From assembly GCF_030684315.1 (NCBI RefSeq), contig NC_081386.1:12285914-12349913 (forward strand): DNA of 64,000 nt, read 5' to 3'. Below the pieces are notes generated by a model that searched no databases, was not told where the DNA came from, and saw only the letters and a list, made by a program, of their open reading frames with translations. The first letter of the stretch is position 1; every line of letters begins with the position of its first letter. Origin of the DNA: Stegostoma tigrinum (taxonomy: Eukaryota). Of the stretch, positions 24,300 to 36,948 are shown piece by piece. The translations under genes were made by a program, and so were the position numbers.

Positions 24300-25270
24300 C
24301 AAGGTCAAATGTGAGTGATGAAATGTTCTGTTGATTCCTACCACAGTTGAGGAATGATCATCCTTCCATATTGAACTCCACTTGGAAGAAGCACTGAGGA
24401 CAACAAAGACTCTGAATGTGTTCCTGGTGGAAGCGAAATTCAATATCCAACACCAATGTTTAGAGGTGCCATTATTTTCTGAGTCCTGAAGGACACAGCT
24501 GGCAGACTGGGCTTGCAAATGTTAGCGAGAGGATTGATAGAAGGGAGGGAAGAATGACCTCATTCCTACCATACTACCTGTTGCAGATCTATCTGTCCCT
24601 GACATCATTAGTCAGAATTACTGCTGCAAAGTCCATGTGGACATAAAGTCCTGCCTTCACATGGCAGACATCCTGTATCATGTTATATGGACACAACCAT
24701 TTTAGTGAATGGGATAAATTCAGAACAGATCAAAAGCTCAAAACTGGGCATGCACGAGGTATCCTGGACCCTCACCAGCAAGAAAATTATATTTCACAGT
24801 CTGAAACCATTCTGTCTGGCATTTTTCTCACTATACCACCACCATCAAGTAGGGGACCAACTGTGGTTCAATACTGAGTGCAACAGAGCAAGCCAGGGAC
24901 AGTATTAGGTGTACTTATCAATAGATACCAACTGGGGAAGCTAAAACAATATGTGCATGCTAATCAATGGTAGCAGCACATAGATAAAGCCAAACAATCC
25001 CACCACCAAAATATAGGTCAAAGTACTTTTGTCCCTTCATATTCAGTTTTGAGTGCTGATAGACATCTGAACAAAACTAACAGGAGAAAACTCCATAAAT
25101 ATATTCATCTTAATGATGCAGAGCCCAATACATGAATGGTTCAGTCATGACTGAAGCAAATGCAATTACCAGTTCACCCATGAGTGCCCACTAGATAATC
25201 CATTGTTGCCTTATACTGAGATTCCCACTATCATATTTGGCATTTTTCAGCCAATTCAACACATGTAATG
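24300..25270 (+). mobile_element. Old L2 LINE internal fragment
   Basis: Degenerate endonuclease/linker-like sequence (ttcaatatccaacaccaa; ggggaccaactgtggttcaat). Confidence 0.5.
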
Positions 25271-25419
25271 TGATATAAAGAGAGAGATTAGCAATTAAAT
25301 TGGCAGGGGGATGGGAATCTTAGAAAGACCTTAGGTTCAAGGGACATAAAACAAATGAAGTGGAAAAGATTAATAAATAAATCTAGAAGACAGACAAAGT
25401 AATGACAAGTATTGAATGA

Positions 25420-25800
25420 GATTAAAATGAAAAAAATTAAAAAGGCTAAAAAGGTCTGAATGTACATAGTATTTGCAAAAAATTTGATTTCAATGCATAA
25501 ATTGAGGTAAATAAAAATAATTTAGTTGGTATTGCAAAGATGTGACTAGGGTGACCATGATTAGACATGTAATATCCAATGTTATACTACACTTAGGAGG
25601 GATAGATGAAAAGGAAATGGAGATGTGCCATGCTCCTAATAAGGGATGGCATTGGTACCTTAGAAATAGGTCATCATCAATTGAAATATGAAGATGTAGA
25701 ATCAATTTGGGTTGAGCTAAGAAACAGTATAGCGAAGCAAATATTGGTGGGAGTTGAATATAGAATACTAAACTGCAATACTAATGTTGGACTTATAATA
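25420..25800 (+). mobile_element. CR1 APE-endonuclease fragment
   Basis: ORF 25606-25839 VESIWVELRNS...ILVGVEYR matches the CR1 endonuclease motif ESxWVE...LxGVxYR. Confidence 0.7.
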
Positions 25801-25809
25801 AATCACAAG

Positions 25810-26760
25810 ATGTTACGACTGTTTTACAAACCCATCTGATTCATTAGTGTCCTTTAAGGATACAAAACTGCCATTCTTATCAGATCTGTCCTACATGTGA
25901 CTGAAGACCCACAGAAATGTGTTTGACTCTTAACTACACTCTGAACAGGCTCAGCAAGCCACACTGTTTATCAACTGCTAGCTGGTCCCAAATAAGAAAT
26001 GAAAGCAGACAGACCACTTAGCACCATCGAAGGCACTGGAAACAAAAGCTGCAAGCCCATTCCTGCCAACTCTGTCCCTCCCTATATCTAGGAGATAGAG
26101 GTGAAATTAGGAGAACTGTCTCACAGATCAGTCAAGCAACAGCCTAACTTTATGCCTAACATACAATTTCTCAGACAACGCCATCACTATCTCTGGGTAT
26201 ATTGTATCTCGTCAGCACAGTGTTGTATAGGCAAGAGGGAATTGCCCTGGGAGTCCATGAGGTCCCTTGGCATCAAGTAAACAAACATCTGGCAAGGACA
26301 CCTCCTGTTGATTATTACGTACACATCTCAATACCCACACCCACGGTATACAGTGTGAATCAGTGTAACTTCATATTGAATATCACATATTGTGGAAGCC
26401 TGTGACAACGTTCCAGCAACTGTACTGAACATGTGTTTCTCAGAACCAGCCAGACCCCTAGCTGAGCAGTTGTAGTACACGACAATGCTAACATCTGTCC
26501 AACAATTTGTAAAATTGTCCAGGTATGTCCTGTACACAAGAAGCAAGACAGATTCAGTCCAGTCAGTTACTGCCCTATCAGTTTACTCTCGATATTAGTA
26601 AGTGTTATCAAGCAGCACTTGCTCATCAATATCCTACTCAGCGACACTCCATTTGAATTCTGTCAGGACCTCATTTCAGCCTTTGCACAAACATGGAAAA
26701 AGAACTAAATTCCAGAGGTGACGTGAGAATGAAGCCCTTGGCGTCAAGGACCCCAATAAA
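25810..26760 (+). mobile_element. L2 LINE 5' and internal fragments (continues at 28621)
   Basis: gttactgccctatcagtttactctcgatattag (NYRPISLL-like); ends tcaaggaccccaataaa and resumes aaaactagagtcaacgagaatc. Confidence 0.65.
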
Positions 26761-26763
26761 AAA

Positions 26764-26834
26764 GGCTGGAATCGAACCTGGGTCCCTGGTGCTGTGAGGC
26801 TGCAGTGCTAACCACTGAGCCACCGTGCCGCCCC
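26764..26834 (-). mobile_element. HE1-like SINE 5' tRNA head
   Basis: Minus strand gggcggcacggtggctcagtggttagcactgcagcctcacagcaccagggacccaggttcgattccagcc with A and B boxes. Confidence 0.85.
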
Positions 26835-26837
26835 CTA

Positions 26838-27412
26838 TAAGGAGAGTCATACAGCATGGAAATTGACCTTTTGGTCCAAACAGTCCATGCCATGTTCAGA
26901 AACTAAGCTGGTCCCACCTGCCTGTGTTCGGCCCATATCCCTCCAAACCTTTCCTATCCATGTACTGATCCAAACGCCTTTTAAACATTGTAACCATACC
27001 CACAGCCAGCACTCCCCCGGCCGCTCGTTCCAAAATACAAACTAGTCGGTGTAAAGAAGTTGTCCCCTGTGTCCTTTTTAAATCTTTCTCCTCTACCTTA
27101 AAAATACTTCCCCTGGTTTTGAACTGCCCCACCGTAGAGAAAAGATCATTGCTGTTCACCTTCTCCAGGCCCGTCATGACTTTATAAACCTCTGTGGGAC
27201 ACGCCTCACCCTTCTACATGCCAATGAAAAGAGTTCCAGCCTACCTCCATAATTCAGACCCTCCATTCCCAGTGACATCCTGGTAAATAACCCTCTCCAC
27301 CTCCAGGAGCAGGGTGACCAGATCCTCACACAGTGCTCCAGAAGAGGCCCCACCAACGTCCTGTACAATCTCAACATGACGTCCCAGCTCCTGCACTCAA
27401 AGGCCTGAGCAA
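26838..27412 (-). mobile_element. CR1 3' fragment
   Basis: ORFs 27174-27377 (LRLYRTLVGPLLEHCV) and 26896-27177. Confidence 0.85.
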
Positions 27413-27649
27413 TATCTCTGTGCTACACACCTTTTTCCCAAACCCGGTCTATGTATGATATGGATGTTGGACTAACGTGGATTGTACAGGGCAACCTGAT
27501 CAAACTGATAGGATGGATGGTTACAGTCTTTATCCCGGGTGGAAGCGTCACATGCACAGGGCCATAGTTTTAAAGGGAGAGGAGCAAGTTTACAGGAGAG
27601 CAATTTTTACTTTTAATCACAGCGGGTGGTAGGTGTCTGAAACATACTG

Positions 27650-28620
27650 CATCCTTGGGCCTCTACTGTTTGTAATTTTTATTAATGACTTGGATGAGGG
27701 GATTGAAGGATGGGTCAGCAAGTTTGCGGACGACACAAAGGTCGGAGGTGTCGTTGACAGTGTAGAGGGCTGTTGTAGGCTGCAGTGGGACATTGACAGG
27801 ATGCAGAGGTGGGCTGAGAGGTGGCAGATGGAGTTCAACCTGGATAAATGCGAGGTGATGCATTTTGGAAGGTCGAATTTGAAAGCTGAGTACAGGATTA
27901 ACGATAGGATTCTTGGCAGTGTGGAGGAACAGAGAGGGATCTTGGTGTGCAGATACATAGATCCCTTAAAATGGCCACCCAAGTGGACAGGGTTGTTAAG
28001 AAAGCATATGGTGTTTTGGCTTTCATTAACAGGGGGATTGAGTTTAAGAGTCGTGAGATCTTGTTGCAGCTCTATAAAACTTTGGTTAGACCGCACTTGG
28101 AATACTGCGTCCAGTTCTGGGCGCCCTATTATAGGAAAGATGTGGATGCTTTGGAGAGGGTTCAGAGGAGGTTTACCAGGATGCTGCCTGGACTGGAGGG
28201 CTTATCTTATGAAGAGAGGTTGACTGAGCTCGGTCTCTTTTCATTGGAGAAAAGGAGGAGGAGAGGGGACCTAATTGAGGTATACAAGATAATGAGAGGC
28301 ATAGATAGAGTTGATAGCCAGAGACTATTTCCCAGGGCAAAAATGGCTAGCACGAGGGGTCATAGTTTTAAGCTGGTTGGTGGAAAGTATAGAGGGGATG
28401 TCAGACGCAGGTTCTTTACGCAGAGTTGTGAGAGCATGGAATGCATTGCCAGCAGCAGTTGTGGAAGCAAGGTCATTGGGGTCATTTAAGAGACTGCTGG
28501 ACAGGTATATGGTCACAGAAATTTGAGGGTGCATACATGAGGATCAATGGTCGGCACAACATTGTGGGCTGAAGGGCCTGTTCTGTGCTGTACTGTTCTA
28601 TGTTCTATGTTCTATGTTCT
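27650..28620 (+). mobile_element. Young 5'-truncated CR1 (HER1-like) LINE
   Basis: LGPLLFVIFINDLD..SKFADDTK (RT catalytic motif), WQMEFN, LYKTLVRPHLEYCVQFW; two frameshifts; tail (gttctat)n at ~28595-28620. Confidence 0.95.
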
Positions 28621-29705
28621 AAAACTAGAGTCAACGAGAATCAAGGAAAAATTTTTCAGTGCTAGATCATATCTGGCACAAAGGAAGTGGTCATTGGGGT
28701 TCAGTTATCTCAGCACCAGGGCATGTCTGCAAAAGTTCTTAGGCCTTACCACCTTCAGCTGCTTCACCAATGACCTGCCATTCATCATCAAATCAGAAGT
28801 GTAATCATCAATGTTCAGCACCATTCTTGACTCCTCTGAAACAGTCCATGTTCTGGTATAGCAAAGCCTGGACAATATCCAAGGAAGTAACATGGATTAT
28901 TCGTGCCACACAAGTGCCAAGAAAGTAGTAAGCATAATTTTGGCACATAAGTGCCAGGCAATGACCATCTTCAACAACAGAGAATATAACTATTAACGTT
29001 GATGTTCAGTGATATTGCCATCAATAAATGACCCAATGTCTACATCCCAGGCATTGCCATTGGCCTGAAACTGAAATGAACTAGCCATGTCAATGTAGTA
29101 ACTACAAGAGAAGATCTGAGCCGAAGAATCCTGCAGTGAGTAAGTTACCTCTTGATTCCACAAAGCCTATACACCATCTACATAGTAAAGATAGGAGTGA
29201 GATGGAATACTCCCTATTTGTCTGGATGATTACAGGCCCAACGACACTCAAAAATCTCAAGGAGACAGCAGCCCGCTTCAATGGTGTCACATCAACAAAC
29301 ATCTACTCCCTCTACCCCTGATGTTCAGAAGCTGCAGTATCATCCACACAGATGCACTGCCAAAATTCACCAAGGCTTTTTAGACAGTGCCTTCCAAACC
29401 CATGGCCACTACTGTCAAGAAGTACGAAGACAGCAGATATATGGATACATCGTGAACTGCAAGTTAATCTCCAAGCCACTCACCATCCTGACTTGGAAAT
29501 ATATTGCTGCTTTTTTTTTGTGTCGCTGGGTCAAAATCCTGGAACTCCTTCCTGAACTGCATTGTGGGTCTACCAACAGAAAATGGACTGTTGCATTTCT
29601 GGAAGGCAGCTCACCACCATTTTCTCAAGGTCAATTCCCAATGGGCAGTAAATGCTGGCTCAGCCAGCAATACTGATATCCCGAAAATGAATAAAGATGA
29701 AAAAA
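28621..29705 (+). mobile_element. L2 LINE 3' part
   Basis: CFTNDLPFIIKSEV, RSEMEYSLFVW and KSWNSF motifs; 3' end gggcagtaaatgctggc...atgaataaa. Confidence 0.8.
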
Positions 29706-29723
29706 GACTGACATCAAGGGAAA

Positions 29724-29853
29724 GAGATAATGGGAAGTGCAGATGCTGGAGAATCCAAGATAACAAAGTGTGTAGCTGGATGAACACCGCAGGCTAAGCA
29801 GCATCTCAGGCTGCTTGGCCTGCTGTGTTCATCCAGCTACACACTTAGTTATC
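29724..29853. mobile_element. Fold-back Penelope family 1 mini-insertion
   Basis: Tail gagataatgggaagtgcagatgctggagaatccaa, then arms gataacaaagtgtgtagctggatgaacac / gtgttcatccagctacacacttagttatc; perfect 16-bp TSD ctgacatcaagggaaa at 29708-29723 and 29854-29869. Confidence 0.92.
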
Positions 29854-30872
29854 CTGACATCAAGGGAAAACTGTCTGGTTCCAAGCTGGAGTCATACCTG
29901 GCACAAAGGAGATGGTTCTGGTTGTCTTGAATCCAATCATCTCAGTCATCATACATTACCACAGGTCTTCAACTGCTTTATCATTGACCTTACCTTCATC
30001 AAAGTGTCAGGAGAATGGTGTTCACTGGTAATTGCAATGTATTCAATATCATTCGCAACCCCTCAAATAACAAAATAGTCCATGATCATATGCAGCAAGA
30101 CTTAGACAATATTTAGACTGAAGCTGTTAAATAACAATTAACATTTGTGCTATAGAAGTGCCAAGCAATGACCATCTTTAATTAAAGAGAATCCAGCCAT
30201 CGTTCCTTGACTTTCAATAGAATTGCCATCGCCAAATTCCTCACCATCAACATCCTGTGTGTCAACATTGAATATCTGAATTAGACCTTCCATATAAATA
30301 TTGTTGTTATAAGGACAGGTCAGAGACTGGACTTAATAGAGTAAGTAAGTCTCCTATTCATTTCCCAAAGCTTGTCCACCTTCTGAATAGTTCAAGGCAA
30401 GTGTGTGACAGAATTAGTGCACACATTAGTGCAGCTCATCAATATTCAAGATGTTTTATACCATCTGCAATAAAACAGCTTACATCCACCATTCTAAACA
30501 TTCAATCCATCCACCATCTGTGCACAATGACTACAGTGTGTGCTACCTACAATTAACATTGCAGCAATTTTCTAAAGTTTTTTTGATAGCTTCTTTCAAA
30601 CATGTGACCTCTAGTGCTTTGAACAAAAAAGACAGTGAACACATGGGAACACAAACACATGAAAGTTTTCTCCAAGTCACTTGTCACCATGAGTTAGAAC
30701 TATGTTGTTGCTTTAGTAGCAAAGTCCAAGATCTTTAACCAGCAACGAACAGCACTATGTGTGTACCTTCCTCACGTAATCTGTAGCAGTTCAAAAAAAC
30801 CAGCTCACCATGGCCTTCTCAAAGTAAGATGGGCAATAAATTTCCCTCAAATTCCACAAATGAAAAAAAAAA
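29854..30872 (+). mobile_element. Second, older L2 3' part
   Basis: Colinear with 28640-29700 (ggagtcatacctggcacaaagg ... gatgggcaataaa). Confidence 0.75.
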
Positions 30873-31659
30873 TACACTGAGAAGAGACAATAGGAGCATC
30901 AAGGGGGGATATGTCTTCAATTCCCTGCTGGTTTAATGGGATTTGCCTGTTGTATCTTAATCAATACTTCTCATATAGAAGTTTTGCGGCTAATATAGTT
31001 GTCACAATTTACCTGAGGGCTCAAGTCAAAATATTTTTACCAGTGCTTCTATGTTCACCATGAACAAAAATAAAGAGCTGGAACTTTCACATCCCACCAG
31101 TGGGATTGTAGGCAGATTGTGCACCTTTCCTGCCTCCTAGCCGTCTGCCCAGATTCAATTTTACCAGCAGTAAGGATTTTACTGGCTGACTGGTCTACCC
31201 AGCCAAAAGAGACAGGTGACCACAAAAGGGCTATGCTCTGCCACTGCTGGGATTTTGCCAGGGGAGAACCCATGCCAACTCCTCAGCCCATTAACTTTCA
31301 TTGACAGCTTTTGGCAGACAAGTCGGATGTCACTCCTACAGGGGTCCTCAAAGTTCTCTTCTCCAGATTTTAACACCCTTCTTCATCCCTTCCCATTGTC
31401 CCTGGCAACCTCACCCCCTCCCTCACATCACTCGTCCTCCCCGACTACTATCCCCATTTACTGTTGAATCTAGCTCCATGGCCCTTCACCCTCTTGCGTT
31501 GTACCTCACGGGCAGTATGTCAGTAAAGAGGCAAGCTCACAATATCTTCAGTGCATCATACCATGTGACCTGAGCATATACAGAAATCATAGTCCATCTT
31601 ACTTCAGATCACTTGAAGTATGGCACGCTACTGAAAGAACCAACAGCTTAGAGGATAGG

Positions 31660-31958
31660 ATTCTGGGGACCCAGGTTCAAATCCTGCCACGGCAGATGGT
31701 GGAATTTGAATTAAATAAAATATCTGGAATTAAAAATCCAATGATGGCTGTGAATCCATTGCTGATTGTCGGAAAATCCAATCTGGTTGACTAACGTCCT
31801 TTAGGGAAGGAAACAGCCTTCCTTGCTTGGTCTAGCCTACATGTGACACCAGGCCCACAGCAATGTGGTTGATTCTGTACTCTACCAATTAGGGATGGGC
31901 AATAAATGCTGCCTATCCAGAAACTCCCTCATTCTGTGAATGAATAAAGAAAAAAAAA
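31660..31958 (+). mobile_element. tRNA-derived SINE family A
   Basis: ttctggggacccaggttcaaatcctgccacggcagatggtggaatttgaa...tgaatgaataaag. Confidence 0.88.
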
Positions 31959-32014
31959 TTAATACAAGACCAGGCATTCGAATGCCCCCGGATTACGTTT
32001 TGCGACAATAACAG

Positions 32015-32112
32015 TGTCTGAAACAAAAACAGAAGCTGTTGGAGAAACTCAGCAGGGTGCGCAGCAGCTGCAGAAAGAAGGTTTCAGATCCAGTGACCTT
32101 TCTTCAGAACTG
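32015..32112 (-). mobile_element. Penelope family 2 terminal fragment
   Basis: tctgaaacaaaaacagaagctgttggagaaactcagcagg...cagtgacctttcttcagaac. Confidence 0.7.
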
Positions 32113-33439
32113 GTCAGTATTTGCTGGATTCTTCATTATCATGAGATCCATACCCATTTCTTATATTATACAAGTATCTGTTTTAAAAAAAAAATTTGCA
32201 TTACATCTCAAACATTTTTTATTCTGGGTGCAGATGGGAATCCCAATGTCCCATAAAGTGCAGCCCATATGGAAAATGAACACCTGATAATGTTCATCTT
32301 TTACTTTATGACGGGTCTTGACAGGATCTGAATCTTTCCCCATGGTAGGTAAATTTACATGCAGCAGAATTGAATATTATGAGGAGTTGTAGATCATCTG
32401 CAAGAGGAGAAAAAGACAGAAAAAAATCCAACAGAATTGGTCTGACAAGAGTTAAAATATGAACAATGCAATGGCCTGTTTTATTATCTTTAGAATTGTA
32501 TCTCGTTTGAAAATACTACTTCACATTCTGGCAGATATTAAAACATCTTTATTTTATGACTCAATGATGAATGGCCATCACATAAAGTATATGTTTTAGC
32601 CTTGGTTTCTGCCTTGGAAAGGGATACAAGTGGTGTATCATGATGTTTCAATTATCCATTCCAGAAGTGAATGTGAGAATTATAAAACATTAATTCTGCA
32701 TTTTTATTCTAATGTCAACACTTTTAAACATGAGATCATCCCTCCTTTCTTCATAACTCATGATTTGGCTCATTTCTATCAGGATTTGGCGGAAAACCCT
32801 TTGACATTTGACCACTTTTCTATCAATTGGGTCAACTTGCCATTACTGGCTTAGCCTAAAGGAACAATGCACTCTTCTGACAAGTCTGATGAACATTTTG
32901 GCCCCTGATCTTCTCAGAAATCTTCCTGCCTTCTCTGACTGACCTCTTTAATGGGCACTTTTCCTGCCATAAATTCAGGTTTTCTGTTGCTTTTCCAGAT
33001 TATTCTTATTGAAAACAAGTATCTATTGCAGCTGAAATCTCTGAGGTTAATTTCATTTATTGGTTCATGGAATGATGGTATTTCCGGCCAAGGCCAGAGT
33101 TTAGTTCCCTTCTTAATGCCCTTGAAAAGGTGACAACAAGTCACCTTCTTTAATCACACCAATCCAACTGGTGCAGGTATTACAATGGTTTTAGGAAGAG
33201 AATTCCAAGATACTGGTTCAGTGACAGGGAATGAATGGCTTTATAGTTCTACATCATGATAGAGTTAGAACTAGCCTTCCATTTTTAATTTTCAAATTGG
33301 CAGATGCAGTGATTATCTCAACATGTCACAGATAAATCACATCACTCCACTGTCTGTCCCTCTCTTCTGCTCACTGAAAAAAAGATTAGGGGAACTGCAA
33401 TAATTTATTGAATATAGTGAGTGTGCAGCATAGTTTGAT

Positions 33440-34033
33440 GATCGAAAAGGCTTGAAACACGGTCTTGAGCCAGGATCGCATTCATTCTGCCCACTTTCCT
33501 TTCTTGCTTTAACTTCTCTTTCTTTTTTGTTATTTGTTTTAGTTTTTTGTGTTTCTTAATTGTCTTTTGGAGGTAACGGCGGTGAAGGAACGTGGCCCAG
33601 CATGAGCCATGATGGTGGCAGCAGTGAGATGGTGATTGGCGGTGAAGGAGGGTGGCAGAGGTGAGATGGCGATTGACAGTGAAGGATAGTAGCAGCAGTG
33701 ACATGGAGGTCAGGGCCAAAGCCTTATGAATGGCAGTGAAGCCTGGCCTGCCTGAGTGGGTGTTTGTGTAGCACAGGTGAAAGCATGCCAAACACGGCAG
33801 GAGACCAAGCCCTTTTGGAGCATTTGCAGGCTCAAGAAGGACTGTAATGTTGGCACTTTAACATCATTTCCTTACTTTTCTACTTTTATGTTAAGGAGAC
33901 TGTAGTGCTGAACTTTTTAATTTCTTTATTTTTCTATTTCTTTAGGAAAGATTTTATACCTAGGTACATTGTATCTAGGATGGCAGCGTGTGCAGCAATA
34001 TTGTACTTTTTTACCAAGTACTTGAATAAAACC
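33440..34033 (+). mobile_element. Non-coding retroposon copy with (AATCT)n-like tail
   Basis: Pyrimidine-rich 5' part, ggcggtga-type repeats, taggtac...ggatggcagc motif and tail aaacctaaatctaattccaaatcta. Confidence 0.6.
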
Positions 34034-35400
34034 TAAATCTAATTCCAAATCTATGTCTCAACAGCAAAACTCAACAGCCGAGTAACCATCTGAGTAACCT
34101 TCACTCAATGAATTAATGCTTAAACAGATAACATTTTCACTGTTGCTTCTTGATGATCTGTGATTGTTGAAACAATGGCCACAATGCAAATCTCTTTCTC
34201 TAATAATCTTAATAATCCCAGCCCCAGGCTCAATCAACTATGTGTTTGATACATGGAAAACACTCGCAGCTGTGGGCCAAAGGGAGAAGGGTTCAAAATG
34301 CATTGCACAGACATATCTAGGCTATTGATTTCAATGAGGTACTGAGGGAGTGCTGCTTTACTGTTTTTCAAATTTCCTTTGTTCCCTCTGTCTAGCCAAC
34401 TTGATAAAGGAGAATCCATGATATTTCCTTTTTTAACTCATGCTTGAGAATTGACAGCATCACTGGCAAAGCTGGAACTTGCTCTCTATTCCTAGTTGCC
34501 CTGAGCAATTAAGGGTGCAATGAAAACAGCAAGTATTTTGCTTTTAATCAAGTTAGATGTGTGCCTTCCACTTGAGCTGTTGGTAGAGATTCAAGTCTTG
34601 CTCAGCCACTTTAGAAAAAAATTATTCAAAGAATCAAAAATTCAAATTATTCAAAATTATTAAGAGTCACTGGTGTGGAATTCAAGTCAAATATTAGCAA
34701 GAATGGGTGAGGACAATACTTTTAGTTTTCAGGTTGCACTTTAAAGCAAAGCAACATCTTTTACTGACTTCTTTATTAAAGCTGAAATCTCATTTGCAAA
34801 CTGCTACACTTTGAAGTATTATTCCCATCTTTATGCCAATGATCTGGTAAGATAACGAATACATGCCACGTACTTCCCACGATACTCAATGTAAATTGAT
34901 CTTTCTCGCTTTGAGGGACTATCCACATTGTTTTGATCCTATTTTAAAATTGGAATAACTGATTCCTTCCTCTTGCCAACTTACACCTCTCTAGAAACTA
35001 TTTTTGAATCGCTTGAGCACCATTAAGTTGTCAATAAATGGCCCAAATGGTCATTGATTGATGAGGGGTAGACAAAGATAATTAGCTCTCGTGGACATCA
35101 CAGTCAAGCTGCAGCTAACCCTTGCCCATTATCTACAAGTTTGTTATCAGAATTGGGACAACGAGCTGTTTTTCAAAGTCTAAACAAGAAGGTCAAATAC
35201 AATAGTGAAATCACCAAGCTTTGAATTGCAAAATGAATATCCAATTAAATACCTTCCCGATCTTTGTCATCAGTTGCCCTCTGGATATTCTCACTGAACA
35301 ATCAGGGGAATAAGCTCAAGTAGATTGTCATTAAAGGCATTCCTTAAGAAGGTAGTACATCATGAATACTAGTGCAATCATATCAATTCCCATCAACAGT

Positions 35401-35707
35401 CTCAGGTTTCGGAGTAGCTTTGTAGCTCGGTTTATGGGTGTTGAGATTGTTATGATTGGTTTGCTCGCCGAGCTGATTTTCCAAAAGCATGCAATTAATA
35501 AACACATTGAATTCGACCCCATATACATTCCACTATGAAGGAAGACCGGAAGTGAGGCAATCCATCTCAACAGACCCCAGAGTTTAAAAGCCAGGCAGGA
35601 AAACATACCAATGCTTCATTGAAGGCTGCACTGAGGATGTTACTAAACATGGTAAAGAAATGCCTACAAAACAAGAAACCAGCTCAGCGAGCCAACCAAC
35701 CCCAACA
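35401..35707 (+). mobile_element. Penelope family 3 truncated copy with inverted tailed 5' end and decayed hammerhead (35631-35664)
   Basis: AINKHIEFDPIY PLE C-terminal motif; CTGAGGA-TGTTAC-TAAACATG-GTAAA-GAAA-TGCC; inverted ttggtttgctcgccgagctg / cagctcagcgagccaaccaa; TSD ccatcaacagt / ccatcagcaat. Confidence 0.8.
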
Positions 35708-36591
35708 CCATCAGCAATAACATAAAACTTAATTTTTTTTAAAATTGAATGACCTGATATTACCACAGGTATTTTGGATCTCCACTTCATAGGATCCATG
35801 GCTGAACCCACATAGCTCTGCCTAGCTCCTTGACTGATGTAATCTTACTGATCAGTTCCAAATTGATAAAATGTGGCCAAATTTTCTCCCAGTTACACTA
35901 CTATTGAGAAAAGAGCTGAAATTCAGAAGGAGCAGTTTCCATGGATGGATACCATCATTATGGTGCATTATAGCATTGATTTGTAAAGGTTGGTCATTAT
36001 CTGAACTATAAATGTACTTAAATAGGTTTTAGAGAAAGGAATCAGTTGCATGGATGTCAGTCATGAGTTGTGAGATACCATCTCTCTAGCCATGTTCATG
36101 CTACTATAGTTTATATTGAGTTGCAAAAAGAACTGTGTTCCAAATTGTAAAGTCATGCTGAGCAGGAGATAACAACATATCTATAAAAAAGCATGTTGCT
36201 TCAAACTCTACATTTACCAATAAGTACTCTCTTTGTCTCAGTCATAATGTAAATGGCAAGTTAGCTATATTCACGAACTACGCTTAGCAAGTCCAACAAT
36301 CTTACTCCATTGTAAAAAGAAGAGCTGAAGGAAGGAGTTGGAATTGCACATGAACCTGTTTTCTGCTGGATTCACAAATGTCCCAAATTGCTGGACTGAT
36401 GAATCTCATAGTGTGGACTCTTTGTTAGACAAAATCTGGAAAATATGTTTACTGTGCACTTTGACTGTCCCATTTTCTACCTGATAACAATAAATATTTA
36501 ATTGTCTGTGCGACATTTTGAATTGTCTGAACATGTTGGAAAGTCAAGAAGACAATATCCACAATAACGGGAGGAGCAGGCTAGTAAATCA

Positions 36592-36948
36592 TGGGGTGGC
36601 AGATGAGTAGTGGTAATGTCACTGGACTGGCAATCCATAGCCCCGGGTCAGATTCTGGGCACTTGGTTTCATATCTCACCATGGCAGACAGTGAAGTTTG
36701 AATTTTAATTTGAGTGAAAAAACAATCTGGAATTTAAAAAAAAACAATCTGTTGATGAACATGTAACCACTGTTGATTGGTTTTTATGGCAATCTCATTC
36801 ACCAATGCCCTTTAGGGAATAAAACCTGCCATCTTTACTTAGTCTGGCCTACCTGTGACTCCAGACCCACAGAAATGTGATTGGCTCTTAATTGCCACTT
36901 GGTCAATAAATGCTGGCCGACGAGTGACACCCACATTCCATGAATAAG
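36592..36948 (+). mobile_element. tRNA-derived SINE family A
   Basis: tagtggtaatgtcactggact...catggcagac...ccacattccatgaataa. Confidence 0.82.

Noticed and set aside
26764-26834. tRNA-like sequence with A and B boxes
   Set aside because: Matches the head of the HE1-like SINEs at 7120 and 9438, so it is not a tRNA gene.
27617-28096. 159-aa minus ORF (and similar ones at 53951-54702)
   Set aside because: Antisense to CR1 RT; not independent genes.
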